Sequence record: PZ402305.1
DNA: 64,000 nucleotides
Source: a phage
Direction: 5' to 3' (one strand)
The position numbers were made by a program, and so were the translations under genes. Shown here one piece after another: positions 1 through 9,283 of this stretch (its first letter is position 1; the number at the start of each line of letters is the position of its first letter). Under the pieces are notes generated by a model. The model saw nothing but the letters and a program-made list of their open reading frames with translations, did no database searches and was not told the origin of the DNA.

Positions 1-262
1 CCAAAACCTTCTGTATGCCATTCTGACAAGCTTTTTGGCAGTATCTGTGTCATTGCCATGTGTTTGCTTAAAATCCCCGCCAAGAGATCCCTGTGCGTGT
101 TAACGAGGTGGGAAGGTTTGTTTGCATTCTCTCTAGTGTATGTTTCTGAAGTGCGATCTAAAAAAGAAAAAACATCTTGGTACAAATCTTTCATTATTAA
201 TCCTTATTTTGTGAGTAGAACTATTATTCTACCTCTTCTAACCGAAAAAAGCTTTGAGGAAA

Positions 263-293
263 ATCAAAAAAGGCGCAAAGTGCGCCTTTAAGT
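263..293 (-). terminator. Rho-independent terminator hairpin closing the minus-strand operon
   Basis: GC stem GGCGCAAAGTGCGCC flanked by A-run and T-run immediately 3' of the gene ending at 295; coordinates approximate. Confidence 0.5.
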
Positions 294-294
294 T

Positions 295-1683
295 TTATCG
301 TTTGGAGAGGAATTGTCTTCCCATGATCTTACCGTTCTTTACAGCGGTCCCATCGTGTCCATTATAATCCCAAGTTCCATCAATGTTACGCAAGAAGCTA
401 TCACGAACAGTGTAGGCTTTACCGTTCTCTACTTTACTTTCTTCAACAATGATTGCCATAACAAGCTTATTTTCAATTTCGGTAGTAACCGATTCTTTAA
501 TACCCTCTGTAACTTCACGATCATATTGGATATAAACTCGCTCCTCGGTCACTTGCACGTCTACCACATTTTTAAATGTGTATGTCTGCTGTGTAGTGTA
601 AAGGACACGAACAACACTCTTCTTACCTACTGGCGGCTTCTTACGAGGCTTACGGTAACGTGGTTTAGGGTTGTTAGTTGGAAGCCAACCAACAATATCC
701 CGATCATATCCAACATGACCCCAAGTGAAATGCGTAGCCGATCCACTATCCGTAGTTCCGTCACGAAAGAGAACTTCTACGTGACCACCACAAGGGCGGT
801 GTCCACCATTATTATAGTTGTATTTTGCCGTGCGCGGGAGAATGAAGTATTCTTTAATCGCCCACTCTTCCAGATTGTCGATATTCCAAGTGAATACTGT
901 TCCCTTAGCAACATCTGTTTGACCATTGTTGAAGCGAACCTGCACGAAATCTTCTGAAGGCATAACACCTGTGTTCGGCAGATATTCAAATGCAGTATCT
1001 TCCGCTACAAACTGTTCTTCCTCTTGCTCCTCAATACTTGGCACAGGCGCAGCTTCATCGTATTTCGCAGCAAACATATTTTTAAATTCTTGGGCCGTGA
1101 CTTCTACAAGGCCGCGATCACCAGTAGCAGCAGAGTGTGGGCGTGGTAAATCCCCAACTTCAATATGCATTGCATCTAAACCTGCTTGACGATCAAAGAA
1201 GATAACCTTGCGGAATTGTTTATCTTTATATTGTGGTAGTTCATACATACTTGGGTCGATTGTCTTTAAACGTTCAGCATCTTCTGGCTTCCAGAAGCTT
1301 TTACCTGTTGCAAATCTAAAGTCTACCAGTAGTTTAACAACATCTCCTAATGATAAACTATCTGCATCTACGAAAACGTCTTCGATTCCCAATAACCCTG
1401 ATTTCTTAAGAATCAGATCTAACATGTAACCTCCTGTGGTTTGTTCTGCGTCTGGATAACGATCAACACTGGTGCTGGTTACACCGTTTATTTCACCAGT
1501 GGAGGCATTGTAGGAAATATATGGGAAGGTCATATCGTTCATTGCAAAATCACCTGAACAGGTTGGATCATCTTCTCCCTCCCAGCCATACACCTTCACA
1601 ATACCTTCACACAATTTGTCATACACACCAGCGCGACGTGCTGCTTCAGCAACTTCCTGTTTACGGGCAAATTTATTAATCAT
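295..1683 (-). CDS. hypothetical protein (462 aa)
   Basis: Track ORF 295..1713; start moved to in-frame ATG at 1683 preceded by AGGAGG; basic PRYRKPRKKPP linker; no motif recognised. Confidence 0.65.
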   Translation of the reverse strand: MINKFARKQEVAEAARRAGVYDKLCEGIVKVYGWEGEDDPTCSGDFAMNDMTFPYISYNASTGEINGVTSTSVDRYPDAEQTTGGYMLDLILKKSGLLGIEDVFVDADSLSLGDVVKLLVDFRFATGKSFWKPEDAERLKTIDPSMYELPQYKDKQFRKVIFFDRQAGLDAMHIEVGDLPRPHSAATGDRGLVEVTAQEFKNMFAAKYDEAAPVPSIEEQEEEQFVAEDTAFEYLPNTGVMPSEDFVQVRFNNGQTDVAKGTVFTWNIDNLEEWAIKEYFILPRTAKYNYNNGGHRPCGGHVEVLFRDGTTDSGSATHFTWGHVGYDRDIVGWLPTNNPKPRYRKPRKKPPVGKKSVVRVLYTTQQTYTFKNVVDVQVTEERVYIQYDREVTEGIKESVTTEIENKLVMAIIVEESKVENGKAYTVRDSFLRNIDGTWDYNGHDGTAVKNGKIMGRQFLSKR

Positions 1684-2233
1684 GATTCCTCCTGTTAATT
1701 GCCATAGATGCACGAGGTTCGGCTATGGCTGTTGCATAAATATATGGATGACCTTGTGGGGACAATCTTGTTCCGAATGACCCTAATTCTAAACCATTCA
1801 TGTCTTCCACGTCAAGCCCTATTTCTGTTTCTACAATTCTTGTTTGGACTTTGTAGTAGGTCCAGAAGAAGTATCGCATTTCTTCGGCATACTCTTTCAC
1901 TTCACCAAAGCTGGGATAGAACTCAATCAACTCCAGTTTCAAGAAGATGTTGAAGTGAGAATCATCCAACACTTCCTCTGTGCGGTAACATGGTGTCAGG
2001 GCCATGTAGGGATGACCAGCGATAAACTCGTAGCCATCCTTTTCCATTTGCAAGAATGATTGCTCGGCACTGGCAACATAAAACTTCCCATTAGGATGCC
2101 CCAAAGGAGCATCTTCTTTGCCAGGTGGCAGTGTGAATGCCAAAATATCTGCATCCACTAAATAAGGAACATCTAACATTTCAGCAAAGCGTCCATAACT
2201 CTGGATGGCTTCGGCAATCACACCTGTGTTCAT
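1676..2233 (-). CDS. hypothetical protein (185 aa)
   Basis: Track ORF; ends 8 nt inside the next gene start; no motif recognised. Confidence 0.6.
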   Translation of the reverse strand: MNTGVIAEAIQSYGRFAEMLDVPYLVDADILAFTLPPGKEDAPLGHPNGKFYVASAEQSFLQMEKDGYEFIAGHPYMALTPCYRTEEVLDDSHFNIFLKLELIEFYPSFGEVKEYAEEMRYFFWTYYKVQTRIVETEIGLDVEDMNGLELGSFGTRLSPQGHPYIYATAIAEPRASMAINRRNHD

Positions 2234-2481
2234 GACCTTCCTCCTGTGCGAAACGCACGTTTAGTAATGTTTGACATAATGATCAAATCTTGTAAAGTCA
2301 TATCTGGGAACTGTTGTTCTAAAACTCCCTCGACAGCACCTATAATATCTGACAATTCAACAAGTTGCATTATTTTGCAATCCTGCTCAACAGCATCAAA
2401 AAGTTCTTCTACTTCCTCTTTAATCTTTTCTATGCTGCCATAAGGTTGTTTCTTAATGTCTGTTATGTGATACCCCGCCAT
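2230..2481 (-). CDS. hypothetical protein (83 aa)
   Basis: Track ORF with start/stop overlap to both neighbours. Confidence 0.55.
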   Translation of the reverse strand: MAGYHITDIKKQPYGSIEKIKEEVEELFDAVEQDCKIMQLVELSDIIGAVEGVLEQQFPDMTLQDLIIMSNITKRAFRTGGRS

Positions 2482-4074
2482 TTAACGATCCTCTCTGATT
2501 TGATTAATCTTACGAGCAAGGGCAGCTATAAGCTTATCTTCTTCGGATACAGGAGCCGTGCTCTTACCTAAACGATGCATGTCTAAAATCTCTTGAACAG
2601 TCCGGTTCCATTGCAGACATTTAATACAACGTGTATGTGCAACATACAGAAGATTTCGTTCTGATTCTTCAAGACCTACCCACTCACCCTTCTTATCATA
2701 ATTGGAAGGGAAGTCATTTGCAACAATAACCTGATCCCACTCCAAACCTTTTGATTTGTGGGCTGTAGTTAAAGTAACTTTAGCCGTTGGAGAGTTACGG
2801 TGCATACGTAAAGTATATGCAATATTATTAGCTTTACCAGAAACAACAATGTTTAAAAGTCGTTTTGCATCAGGATCTGATTCTGCACACTCTACAAATT
2901 CTTCCCAAGAAGTGTAAGGGAGAACTGTCTCATGCTTAACTTTGTCCAAATCACCTCTACGTAAAGCATTAACACTATCAACCATAGAAATGAAATCTTT
3001 GGTATCTACGTTAATAATAATCTCTTCTCCGTTAGCGATTCGGTCCATAGCTTCGAGCAACAGAGTCAAATTCTTACGGAAAATAATGGTGTAAGGTTTA
3101 CTATAATCTACCACATCAGAATGAAAACTTCCAGTGACAGTATCATAACCTTTGCCTACCAGCGGATGCTTCAGAGGTGAACGATCAGAAAGGATCGCAT
3201 TAGCAATTTCCGCAACTTTAGGACCAAAGCGAAAACAAGCTGTCAGAGGCAACTCAACCCCATATGTAGCCGTTTGCTTCATCATGTTCTGGCTTCCACG
3301 GAACTGATAAATACTCTGAAATTCATCACCCACAACAACAATACGTTTAGCCGATTTAGCATTGCGAAGGATAGACAGGAATGCAGGGTTAACATCCTGG
3401 AATTCATCTCCAAAAATAATATCGTATCCTAAGTCTTCTTTGCTCAATTCAAAGAGTTTCACATAGGTGTCATGAGTCATAATGGTTTCTGATTTAGGAT
3501 CAATACGCTCACGCCAAAGTTGCTTTGCATATTTAACAACTTCGTTAATAAGTTTTTGTTCGTTGATGTTCTTACGTTTAAGATCTGACATATGCACTTT
3601 AGGAAAATGTTTATGTCCAATATGTTCATCGTCAGAAAACTCGTATTTAGCTAGAGTTTGTTTTACCATTAACCCGATCATTGCACGAGTCAGTAGCACT
3701 TTACCATTCTTATCGATCAAGTTTTGAATCTTGAATTTCTTGGCAATCTCACTACCAGTTCCAGCTACGTTAACATATTGACCTTCTGGACGAGATAATT
3801 TGTGTCGAAGGTTTTGTGGAAGACGCTGGTAACAGATTGAATGTAGCGTTCGGCACATAACGTTAGGCGGCATTTTACGTCGAGCTTCCTCTGCCATACT
3901 TTTGTTAAATGCCAAATATAGAATACTATCATTTGTGCCATTAGCCAACATATACAGTGTTGACGTTTTACCTGATCCAGATTTAGCTTGAATTGTAACG
4001 AAACGATTTTCTTTATACCCGCTTTCAATAGCGTATTGTTCATCAGTAGGTGTAAAACTCAATTGTGTAGACAC
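2482..4074 (-). CDS. UvrD/PcrA-like superfamily 1 DNA helicase
   Basis: Walker A AKSGSGKTST; FGDEFQDV (motif II); VVVGDEFQSIYQFRGS (motif III); TAHKSKGLEWDQVIV and LLYVAHTRC (motifs V/VI). Confidence 0.75.
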   Translation of the reverse strand: MSTQLSFTPTDEQYAIESGYKENRFVTIQAKSGSGKTSTLYMLANGTNDSILYLAFNKSMAEEARRKMPPNVMCRTLHSICYQRLPQNLRHKLSRPEGQYVNVAGTGSEIAKKFKIQNLIDKNGKVLLTRAMIGLMVKQTLAKYEFSDDEHIGHKHFPKVHMSDLKRKNINEQKLINEVVKYAKQLWRERIDPKSETIMTHDTYVKLFELSKEDLGYDIIFGDEFQDVNPAFLSILRNAKSAKRIVVVGDEFQSIYQFRGSQNMMKQTATYGVELPLTACFRFGPKVAEIANAILSDRSPLKHPLVGKGYDTVTGSFHSDVVDYSKPYTIIFRKNLTLLLEAMDRIANGEEIIINVDTKDFISMVDSVNALRRGDLDKVKHETVLPYTSWEEFVECAESDPDAKRLLNIVVSGKANNIAYTLRMHRNSPTAKVTLTTAHKSKGLEWDQVIVANDFPSNYDKKGEWVGLEESERNLLYVAHTRCIKCLQWNRTVQEILDMHRLGKSTAPVSEEDKLIAALARKINQIREDR

Positions 4075-4088
4075 GTATTTCTCCTCTC

Positions 4089-4604
4089 TTAATAAAAACT
4101 CTTGACAATCCTCATCATTTCCTTAGCTCTGCTGGCGTAAGGTTCTTTTAGATTAGGTGGCAAATGTGCATTAATGTACCCCATTTGTTTTTCCCATGTC
4201 CACTTATCTTTAAATCTTGGCATGGTGTCTCCTGCTAAACTGTTTTCTTTTCGTGTTTGAATAATCCAATTACATGGAAAATGCACACCACCTTTACGGA
4301 AGGGAATATAATGTCCCAATGTGAATGCCTTATTGTTCTTTAAACGTCCAGCTAAATTAAGATTAACAATAAGACTACGAAACACGTAGTATTGATAAAG
4401 ATTGTCAACAGTATATACAGAGTAGTATGCTCTAAGTGCATTATCTCGACTAAGATTACCAACATCCAAACTACACCAGTTTAAATTACTTGGATCATAG
4501 TTGTGATTATCAATCCATTCTTCTCTTTCCTCAAATTCTGCATTAACAGCAGATTGCCCTGCTGTAGATACAAAAAGAGAATTTGCATCAAAGAACATAC
4601 TCAC
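4089..4604 (-). CDS. hypothetical protein (171 aa)
   Basis: Track ORF in co-directional operon. Confidence 0.6.
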   Translation of the reverse strand: MSMFFDANSLFVSTAGQSAVNAEFEEREEWIDNHNYDPSNLNWCSLDVGNLSRDNALRAYYSVYTVDNLYQYYVFRSLIVNLNLAGRLKNNKAFTLGHYIPFRKGGVHFPCNWIIQTRKENSLAGDTMPRFKDKWTWEKQMGYINAHLPPNLKEPYASRAKEMMRIVKSFY

Positions 4605-4612
4605 TCCCTCCT

Positions 4613-4966
4613 TTAGTTTACATCGTTTAAAGCATTACCAATCTTTAAGATAATAACATCGTTAAGAGCTTCTTCTCCATTAAGGCCAGAGAAAGCAGGA
4701 GTAACGAAAGTTACCATGTAATAATGGTCTTCTTGTAGGATTGCGATAACGCCGTCTAGTTTAACATCTCCTGTGAAACGAAAAACTTTCAACTTTTGTT
4801 CTAAAGGAAGATCTCCTTCAACATTTAAAACCATATCTCCGACACCAAACTTTTCTGCCCCGATGTAGATGTAAGCTTGGTCCTCTTTTTTATGATAATA
4901 CAGTGTTGCTTGTTTGTCTTGTAGTGTTGTGATACCAAACACATCCACATCAATAATATTTTTCAA
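4613..4966 (-). CDS. hypothetical protein (start uncertain)
   Basis: Track ORF 4613..5023 overlaps upstream gene by 60 nt; in-frame TTG at 4966 preceded by GGGAGGAG and overlapping the upstream TGA is the more plausible start. Confidence 0.5.
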   Translation of the reverse strand: MKNIIDVDVFGITTLQDKQATLYYHKKEDQAYIYIGAEKFGVGDMVLNVEGDLPLEQKLKVFRFTGDVKLDGVIAILQEDHYYMVTFVTPAFSGLNGEEALNDVIILKIGNALNDVN

Positions 4967-5331
4967 AAATTCTCCTCCCAAATCCAATAATTGTCTACAT
5001 AAGTAGGATGCCTTTTGTCCCACTCTTTTCTAGCCCAAGCTACGGCTGCTACCAATACATCTCCATGACAAGGTTGAGGTGAGCAGAAGCAAACTAAATC
5101 TTTCCCTTCTAACTCTAATAAATCTTCAAGAGTGATCTTACCACAACGAATTTGCTCCCACAACCACTCTTTATACCTTTGTATAGTTGATCCTCGTGGT
5201 TCATCATCTTTTAACTTAAAAGGGTTTGCAAACTTGGAGGCTTTTAGCCCCATGTGTGGCATTGCTCTACCAATATAAACAGCACCTTCTGGGATTGTTT
5301 TGCCTAAATGGTAAAAGTTTAATACCTTCAT
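4963..5331 (-). CDS. DUF4326-family protein
   Basis: VYIGRAMP...KASKFANPF...CFCSPQPCHGDVL matches the DUF4326 signature as recalled. Confidence 0.7.
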   Translation of the reverse strand: MKVLNFYHLGKTIPEGAVYIGRAMPHMGLKASKFANPFKLKDDEPRGSTIQRYKEWLWEQIRCGKITLEDLLELEGKDLVCFCSPQPCHGDVLVAAVAWARKEWDKRHPTYVDNYWIWEENF

Positions 5332-5332
5332 A

Positions 5333-5695
5333 TTAACCTAAACACATACGTGCGATCAGACCCTGGATGAGCTTATCTGCTTCTTCACGATCATAGTCGG
5401 TATCTTCTATACCACCATCTTCGTCACGATAAACTTTACCTTCCAGGTACCCAGCATCGATCAAACCAATAATCAAATCGAACTGCCAGCAAGAGTTACC
5501 GAAAGGGCGTTTTCCACTGAAACTATCTTCTTCTTCCCAAAGCGTAGAGAGCAGTCGTCTGAAATATTCACGTACAGTAACAGTGCCAAGATCATCGTCT
5601 TCAAAAACAACATCTAAAGCATCTGGTTCAGCTTTCTCTACAACAGGCACATAACGTTGACCATTAATAACAACATCTACGATTGTTTCTCTCAT
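5333..5695 (-). CDS. hypothetical acidic protein (120 aa)
   Basis: Track ORF, ATGA-type overlap with downstream gene. Confidence 0.6.
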   Translation of the reverse strand: MRETIVDVVINGQRYVPVVEKAEPDALDVVFEDDDLGTVTVREYFRRLLSTLWEEEDSFSGKRPFGNSCWQFDLIIGLIDAGYLEGKVYRDEDGGIEDTDYDREEADKLIQGLIARMCLG

Positions 5696-6054
5696 TTTTC
5701 CTCCTTTTTGTATTCAATGAACATATCTGCATAGTAAGCTTTACGTTCTTCAAATTTAGCAGGGTTTACCACAATGAACAACACCTTTCTGTTGTCTTGT
5801 GGTTCTTTGACTGTAATATATAAATCTTTTGTGCAATAGAAACCTGTGGCTTTGTAAGCGTCACCCCAATTATCCACTCCACGATCTATACGATCAAACT
5901 TACAGTTATACTTTTTATCATCCACCTGGTAGACAGCTTCACCACCATACCAAGTGAAGAATTGGCTACCTTCCACCCCAATCTTGAAACCATCACGGGC
6001 GGCTGTAGCATTGGTGGCAATCATCAACATCAGGACACAAAGTAGCCTTTTCAT
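5692..6054 (-). CDS. secreted/periplasmic protein with N-terminal signal peptide
   Basis: MKRLLCVLMLMIATNATAARDG: basic N-terminus, hydrophobic core, AxA-like cleavage site. Confidence 0.6.
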   Translation of the reverse strand: MKRLLCVLMLMIATNATAARDGFKIGVEGSQFFTWYGGEAVYQVDDKKYNCKFDRIDRGVDNWGDAYKATGFYCTKDLYITVKEPQDNRKVLFIVVNPAKFEERKAYYADMFIEYKKEEK

Positions 6055-6360
6055 TTAGAATTCCTCTTCAGTCTTCTGTCGGTTTTTGAAGAATACTACG
6101 TCATATACCTCTCCGTAACCATCATTTACACAGAACATAATAAAACGATCATCTTCTGCTGTTGGTGCGCGATGTTCAAGTTCAAAACTTTCAATAAAAC
6201 CGCGTGAATTTACGTAGTAGATTTCATCCTCACCAGAGAACATCCAATCCCTGTCTATCAGATGGAAAGCTAAACTCACAGGCGACAACTCATCCTTCAC
6301 AGAATCATTGTACAGCATGTGGGCTGCAACTGCCAAACTTAAAGTCGTATTGTGCCGCAT
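6055..6360 (-). CDS. hypothetical protein, tandem paralog 1
   Basis: Shares LSLAV..H..Y...VKD...P......YELE.RAP..EDD..IM..VN.G.GE...VVF with adjacent ORF. Confidence 0.6.
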   Translation of the reverse strand: MRHNTTLSLAVAAHMLYNDSVKDELSPVSLAFHLIDRDWMFSGEDEIYYVNSRGFIESFELEHRAPTAEDDRFIMFCVNDGYGEVYDVVFFKNRQKTEEEF

Positions 6361-6671
6361 TACATTTCCTCGTCGGACTTCAAGGCTTTAGAGAATACTA
6401 CATTAAACGTTTCACCGCAACCATTATTAACATAATACATGATGTAATTATCATCTTCGTCTACAGGCGCACGATACTCCAATTCATAACTATACAAATT
6501 AGAATTACTTGTGCAACCTTGTGGATACCAAAAGTAAAGTTCACCACAAGATTCTACCCACTTAAGACCGGTCCGATCTTCAAATACTAATGTAGATGGA
6601 TTTTCTGAATCTTTTACAGCTTCTTCGTAATACTGGTGCACCGTAACTGCTAATGATAATGTACTCATCAC
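6360..6671 (-). CDS. hypothetical protein, tandem paralog 2
   Basis: Paralog of 6055..6360; 1-nt stop/start overlap. Confidence 0.6.
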   Translation of the reverse strand: MMSTLSLAVTVHQYYEEAVKDSENPSTLVFEDRTGLKWVESCGELYFWYPQGCTSNSNLYSYELEYRAPVDEDDNYIMYYVNNGCGETFNVVFSKALKSDEEM

Positions 6672-6844
6672 GCCTCCAAATAGTGTTTACAAATGACAAA
6701 ACGCCATGTTTGTTTGTAATAGTCTCTTTTTTCAAGAGCCTCTTTGTAAGAGGGTATACGTTGCGACAGAAGCATCCATTCACAATCTGCACCCATTCTT
6801 CCATAAAGCGCGTAACGGATGTTACTTTGTTTATCTCCCATAAA
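6671..6844 (-). CDS. small hypothetical protein (~57 aa)
   Basis: Not in track (<60 aa); ATG preceded by AAGGAGG, fills gap, stop overlaps next start; coordinates approximate. Confidence 0.4.
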
Positions 6845-6884
6845 CGCCTCCTTAATCTTGTTTACAAGTATACCCTCTAATTAG

Positions 6885-7082
6885 TTACACTTTTTCCCAA
6901 GTACCAAAAGCACAGGAAGGGTAGATTCCAACTTGAGGGTTTCCGTTATCATCTTTGAAAGTAAAACTGTTGTTGTCTTTATCAAGAACTGTAGAATAAA
7001 TCTTACCAACAGTAACGCAGTTGGAAGCTTGACCCAGTTCAGTGAGAGTAAGACATTTCATTTTCTGTTTCTTTGTAGCCAT
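6885..7082 (-). CDS. hypothetical protein (65 aa)
   Basis: Track ORF; AAGGAG upstream of ATG. Confidence 0.55.
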   Translation of the reverse strand: MATKKQKMKCLTLTELGQASNCVTVGKIYSTVLDKDNNSFTFKDDNGNPQVGIYPSCAFGTWEKV

Positions 7083-7164
7083 TTATAAAATCTCCTTAGT
7101 AAGTGAATCTTTATTCTACACAAAGAGCTTTGCACATGTCAAGTAACTCTTTGTCAGATTAGTC

Positions 7165-7434
7165 TTAATGATTAGTGATGTTGATGACAATCTTAGTTTC
7201 AACCTTAGCCCAACAGTAATCTGCTTCATTAAAACGACTAGTCACAATGTATTCTCCTGCACGAGAACCTGTTAAGCACACTGCACCTGTATCTGTAGCT
7301 AAGTAGTAGTCCCGTTCTTGTTCACTTACTTCTGAATCGTAGTAGTAGAAAACAGACATAGGTTCAATTTCAGATAAACGGTATAACTTTGGAACAGGGG
7401 ATTTCTCGATAAACTCAACAGAAGTTTTACTCAT
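7165..7434 (-). CDS. hypothetical protein (89 aa)
   Basis: Track ORF. Confidence 0.6.
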   Translation of the reverse strand: MSKTSVEFIEKSPVPKLYRLSEIEPMSVFYYYDSEVSEQERDYYLATDTGAVCLTGSRAGEYIVTSRFNEADYCWAKVETKIVINITNH

Positions 7435-7667
7435 TTGTTTTCTCCTAGATCTAAACTAATTAAGAAGTCACGAAGGATGATCATTTGTTCTGTAGACAAT
7501 GATAATACACCTTCTCCATAAATATCACCAGACCATTCAGCAGTTAGATCTAGCGTACCAGTACCAGGAAACCAATCAATAGTGATCTGATTACCATTAG
7601 AGTCAGGTAGTATTTCACTGACTAACATAACACACTCTCCTATTATTGTTCTTGATCTTACGATCAT
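7431..7667 (-). CDS. hypothetical protein (78 aa)
   Basis: Track ORF, ATGA overlap with downstream gene. Confidence 0.6.
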   Translation of the reverse strand: MIVRSRTIIGECVMLVSEILPDSNGNQITIDWFPGTGTLDLTAEWSGDIYGEGVLSLSTEQMIILRDFLISLDLGENK

Positions 7668-7744
7668 CTACCGATAAGAACAAGTACTTAAATCTCTGTT
7701 CTTCGAACATCTAACGATAGAGATTAATCTATTACATAATCTAT

Positions 7745-7801
7745 ACTCGCTATCGCTCGACCCTTCGGGGTTAGGGTAGCATATTTTTTGAAAAAAGTCA
7801 A
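7745..7801. repeat. Conserved ~55 bp intergenic element, copy A
   Basis: ACTCGCTATCGCTCG + hairpin (ACCC-TTCG-GGGT) + TTAGGGTAGCATATTTTTTGAAAAAAGTCAA; near-identical flanks recur at 42215..42271. Confidence 0.6.
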
Positions 7802-8121
7802 CACTTATTTTTGGTAAGTAGATAAATCAATTGTTCACCTGCCTCTGGTGCATATAGTGCTTTAGTATCGAAGTCAAAGAAGTGAGTGACCCCTGTTACT
7901 TTGGATGCCTGAATAGATAATCGTGCAAGCTTAAGCAGATTATCCATTTCCGCAATCTTTGCACGAAACACTGCACGTGTAGCGTCAAAAGCTGCATGTG
8001 GCATGTATTTACGATTTAGACTACTACGTTTAAATTTACGATAATCTGCAATGATCCTGTTACGTTCTTTGTTCAAGTGCTTTACCAGTGCAGTATATAC
8101 GTGTGGTTCTTTGTTAGCCAT
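7798..8121 (-). CDS. hypothetical basic protein (107 aa)
   Basis: Track ORF 7798..8154; start moved to ATG at 8121 just past upstream stop. Confidence 0.55.
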   Translation of the reverse strand: MANKEPHVYTALVKHLNKERNRIIADYRKFKRSSLNRKYMPHAAFDATRAVFRAKIAEMDNLLKLARLSIQASKVTGVTHFFDFDTKALYAPEAGEQLIYLLTKNKC

Positions 8122-8326
8122 TGTTAATCTCCTCTTCATATGTTGGTAGTGCATGGTATGCGATCACAGGTGCCAAGTCAAAATAAAAATGACCATTGAT
8201 AACAGCTATCGTGCCATTGCGTGTTTTGTTAACTTCACAGAATCCCTTCTTGCCGTTTGCCATGATTACAAGCCACTCTCCGATAGGAACATCCTCGGTA
8301 CCAGATACTTTAATCCATCCACTCAC
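8114..8326 (-). CDS. hypothetical protein (70 aa)
   Basis: Track ORF. Confidence 0.6.
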   Translation of the reverse strand: MSGWIKVSGTEDVPIGEWLVIMANGKKGFCEVNKTRNGTIAVINGHFYFDLAPVIAYHALPTYEEEINNG

Positions 8327-8583
8327 TTTACTTCCCCTTTGTAATCGGACACTACACCAGGTCTTACTTTTGCCTTAAGATGTTTCAACTCTGCCATAGG
8401 AGTTGCCACTTGTATAAGGTTAATAATTTCAACCTCGTAGATAGTATACTCATAACCCGCATACTTCCCGATGGAATGCAGGTATTTGATAGCATGTTCA
8501 GGTGAATCTGCTTCAACATACCCCAAATCTTTTGTAGTGCGGCCTTCACAGTCGCCTTCTGTAGTTACGTGATAAAGTGTCAT
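8323..8583 (-). CDS. hypothetical protein (86 aa)
   Basis: Track ORF. Confidence 0.6.
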   Translation of the reverse strand: MTLYHVTTEGDCEGRTTKDLGYVEADSPEHAIKYLHSIGKYAGYEYTIYEVEIINLIQVATPMAELKHLKAKVRPGVVSDYKGEVK

Positions 8584-8729
8584 AAAACCTCCTCATAGTA
8601 AGGTAAAGCCTTGATCAGTTGTTCTGAAGTGCCATTTTGCACCCACGTAACACCCTTGTCAAGAGAAACATACCCTTTCTTATTGATAAATTTACGGAGA
8701 CAACCAGTGAACTTGTTTTTGTAGATCAT
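8580..8729 (-). CDS. small hypothetical protein (49 aa)
   Basis: Not in track; exactly bridges neighbours with ATGA overlaps at both ends. Confidence 0.45.
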   Translation of the reverse strand: MIYKNKFTGCLRKFINKKGYVSLDKGVTWVQNGTSEQLIKALPYYEEVL

Positions 8730-9169
8730 TTCTTCTTTCCTTTCTTTAATTTGTTGTGACCTTTACCCTTATAAAGCTTGTGATTACGAGCAGACGGGTT
8801 ATTTAGGTTCTCCAGTCGGCTAACAGGTGTATTCCAAAGGTTTCCTGCTACAAAAGATGCTGCCACAAGTTCTTCCAGGTATACAAAATCCAAAGCAGGT
8901 ATCTTTGTTTCCCTCATCTCGCGTTCTACATTAGACAACACGCCTTCTTCCTTACTGTCTTCTTTTTCAATTACAGACCAACCCTCTTCCTGCCAAGCTT
9001 CCCCTCTGAACCAAGTTTCCATGTTATAACCTTGTTCGTCGAGAATAACACCATCTCGCATCTCAAACCATTCGCCACCACAAAAATGGCGGTGCTCAAC
9101 ACGTCTACCTTCCTTCATTGCTTCTTTAGCTTCGGGCCAAGTCAGTTTGATGTTTTGGATGTTTTGCAT
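8726..9169 (-). CDS. hypothetical protein with DUF2829-like N-terminal region and lysine-rich tail
   Basis: First gene of minus operon; N-terminus W.EA..A...G..V resembles DUF2829 as recalled (weak); C-terminal KGKGHNKLKKGKKK. Confidence 0.6.
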   Translation of the reverse strand: MQNIQNIKLTWPEAKEAMKEGRRVEHRHFCGGEWFEMRDGVILDEQGYNMETWFRGEAWQEEGWSVIEKEDSKEEGVLSNVEREMRETKIPALDFVYLEELVAASFVAGNLWNTPVSRLENLNNPSARNHKLYKGKGHNKLKKGKKK

Positions 9170-9194
9170 TTGTTTTCTCCTTTTGTTTGGTAGG

Positions 9195-9230
9195 AGTTGA
9201 TCTTAACAAGATTAAAAAGTATGTCAATAC
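9195..9230 (-). promoter_or_regulatory. sigma70-like promoter for the minus-strand operon
   Basis: Reverse complement reads TTGACA-N16/17-TAAGAT upstream of AAGGAGA and ATG at 9169; approximate. Confidence 0.5.
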
Positions 9231-9283
9231 TTGATCTGAAATTATTTTCAGGTATCATGTATGAACATTAACAAGAGAGGTAG

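Noticed and set aside
58-291. Plus-strand 77 aa ORF at the left edge
   Set aside because: Lies in the terminator/3' region of the minus-strand operon, no ribosome-binding site, low-complexity translation; likely non-coding.
313-957. Plus-strand 214 aa ORF antisense to the 462 aa gene, and similar antisense track ORFs throughout (e.g. 926..1189, 3482..3727, 13471..13854, 19792..20190, 29754..30149, 30300..30719, 61284..61775)
   Set aside because: Each is fully embedded antisense in a longer ORF with better coding context; low-complexity translations typical of shadow ORFs.
295-2233. NAD+ salvage/reconstitution enzyme pair hypothesis for the first two genes
   Set aside because: Neither protein shows phosphoribosyltransferase or adenylyltransferase motifs I could recognise; left as hypothetical.
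6580-6804. Minus-strand 74 aa track ORF
   Set aside because: Overlaps paralog gene 6360..6671 out of frame; a different small ORF with an AAGGAGG site (about 6671..6844) explains the gap better.
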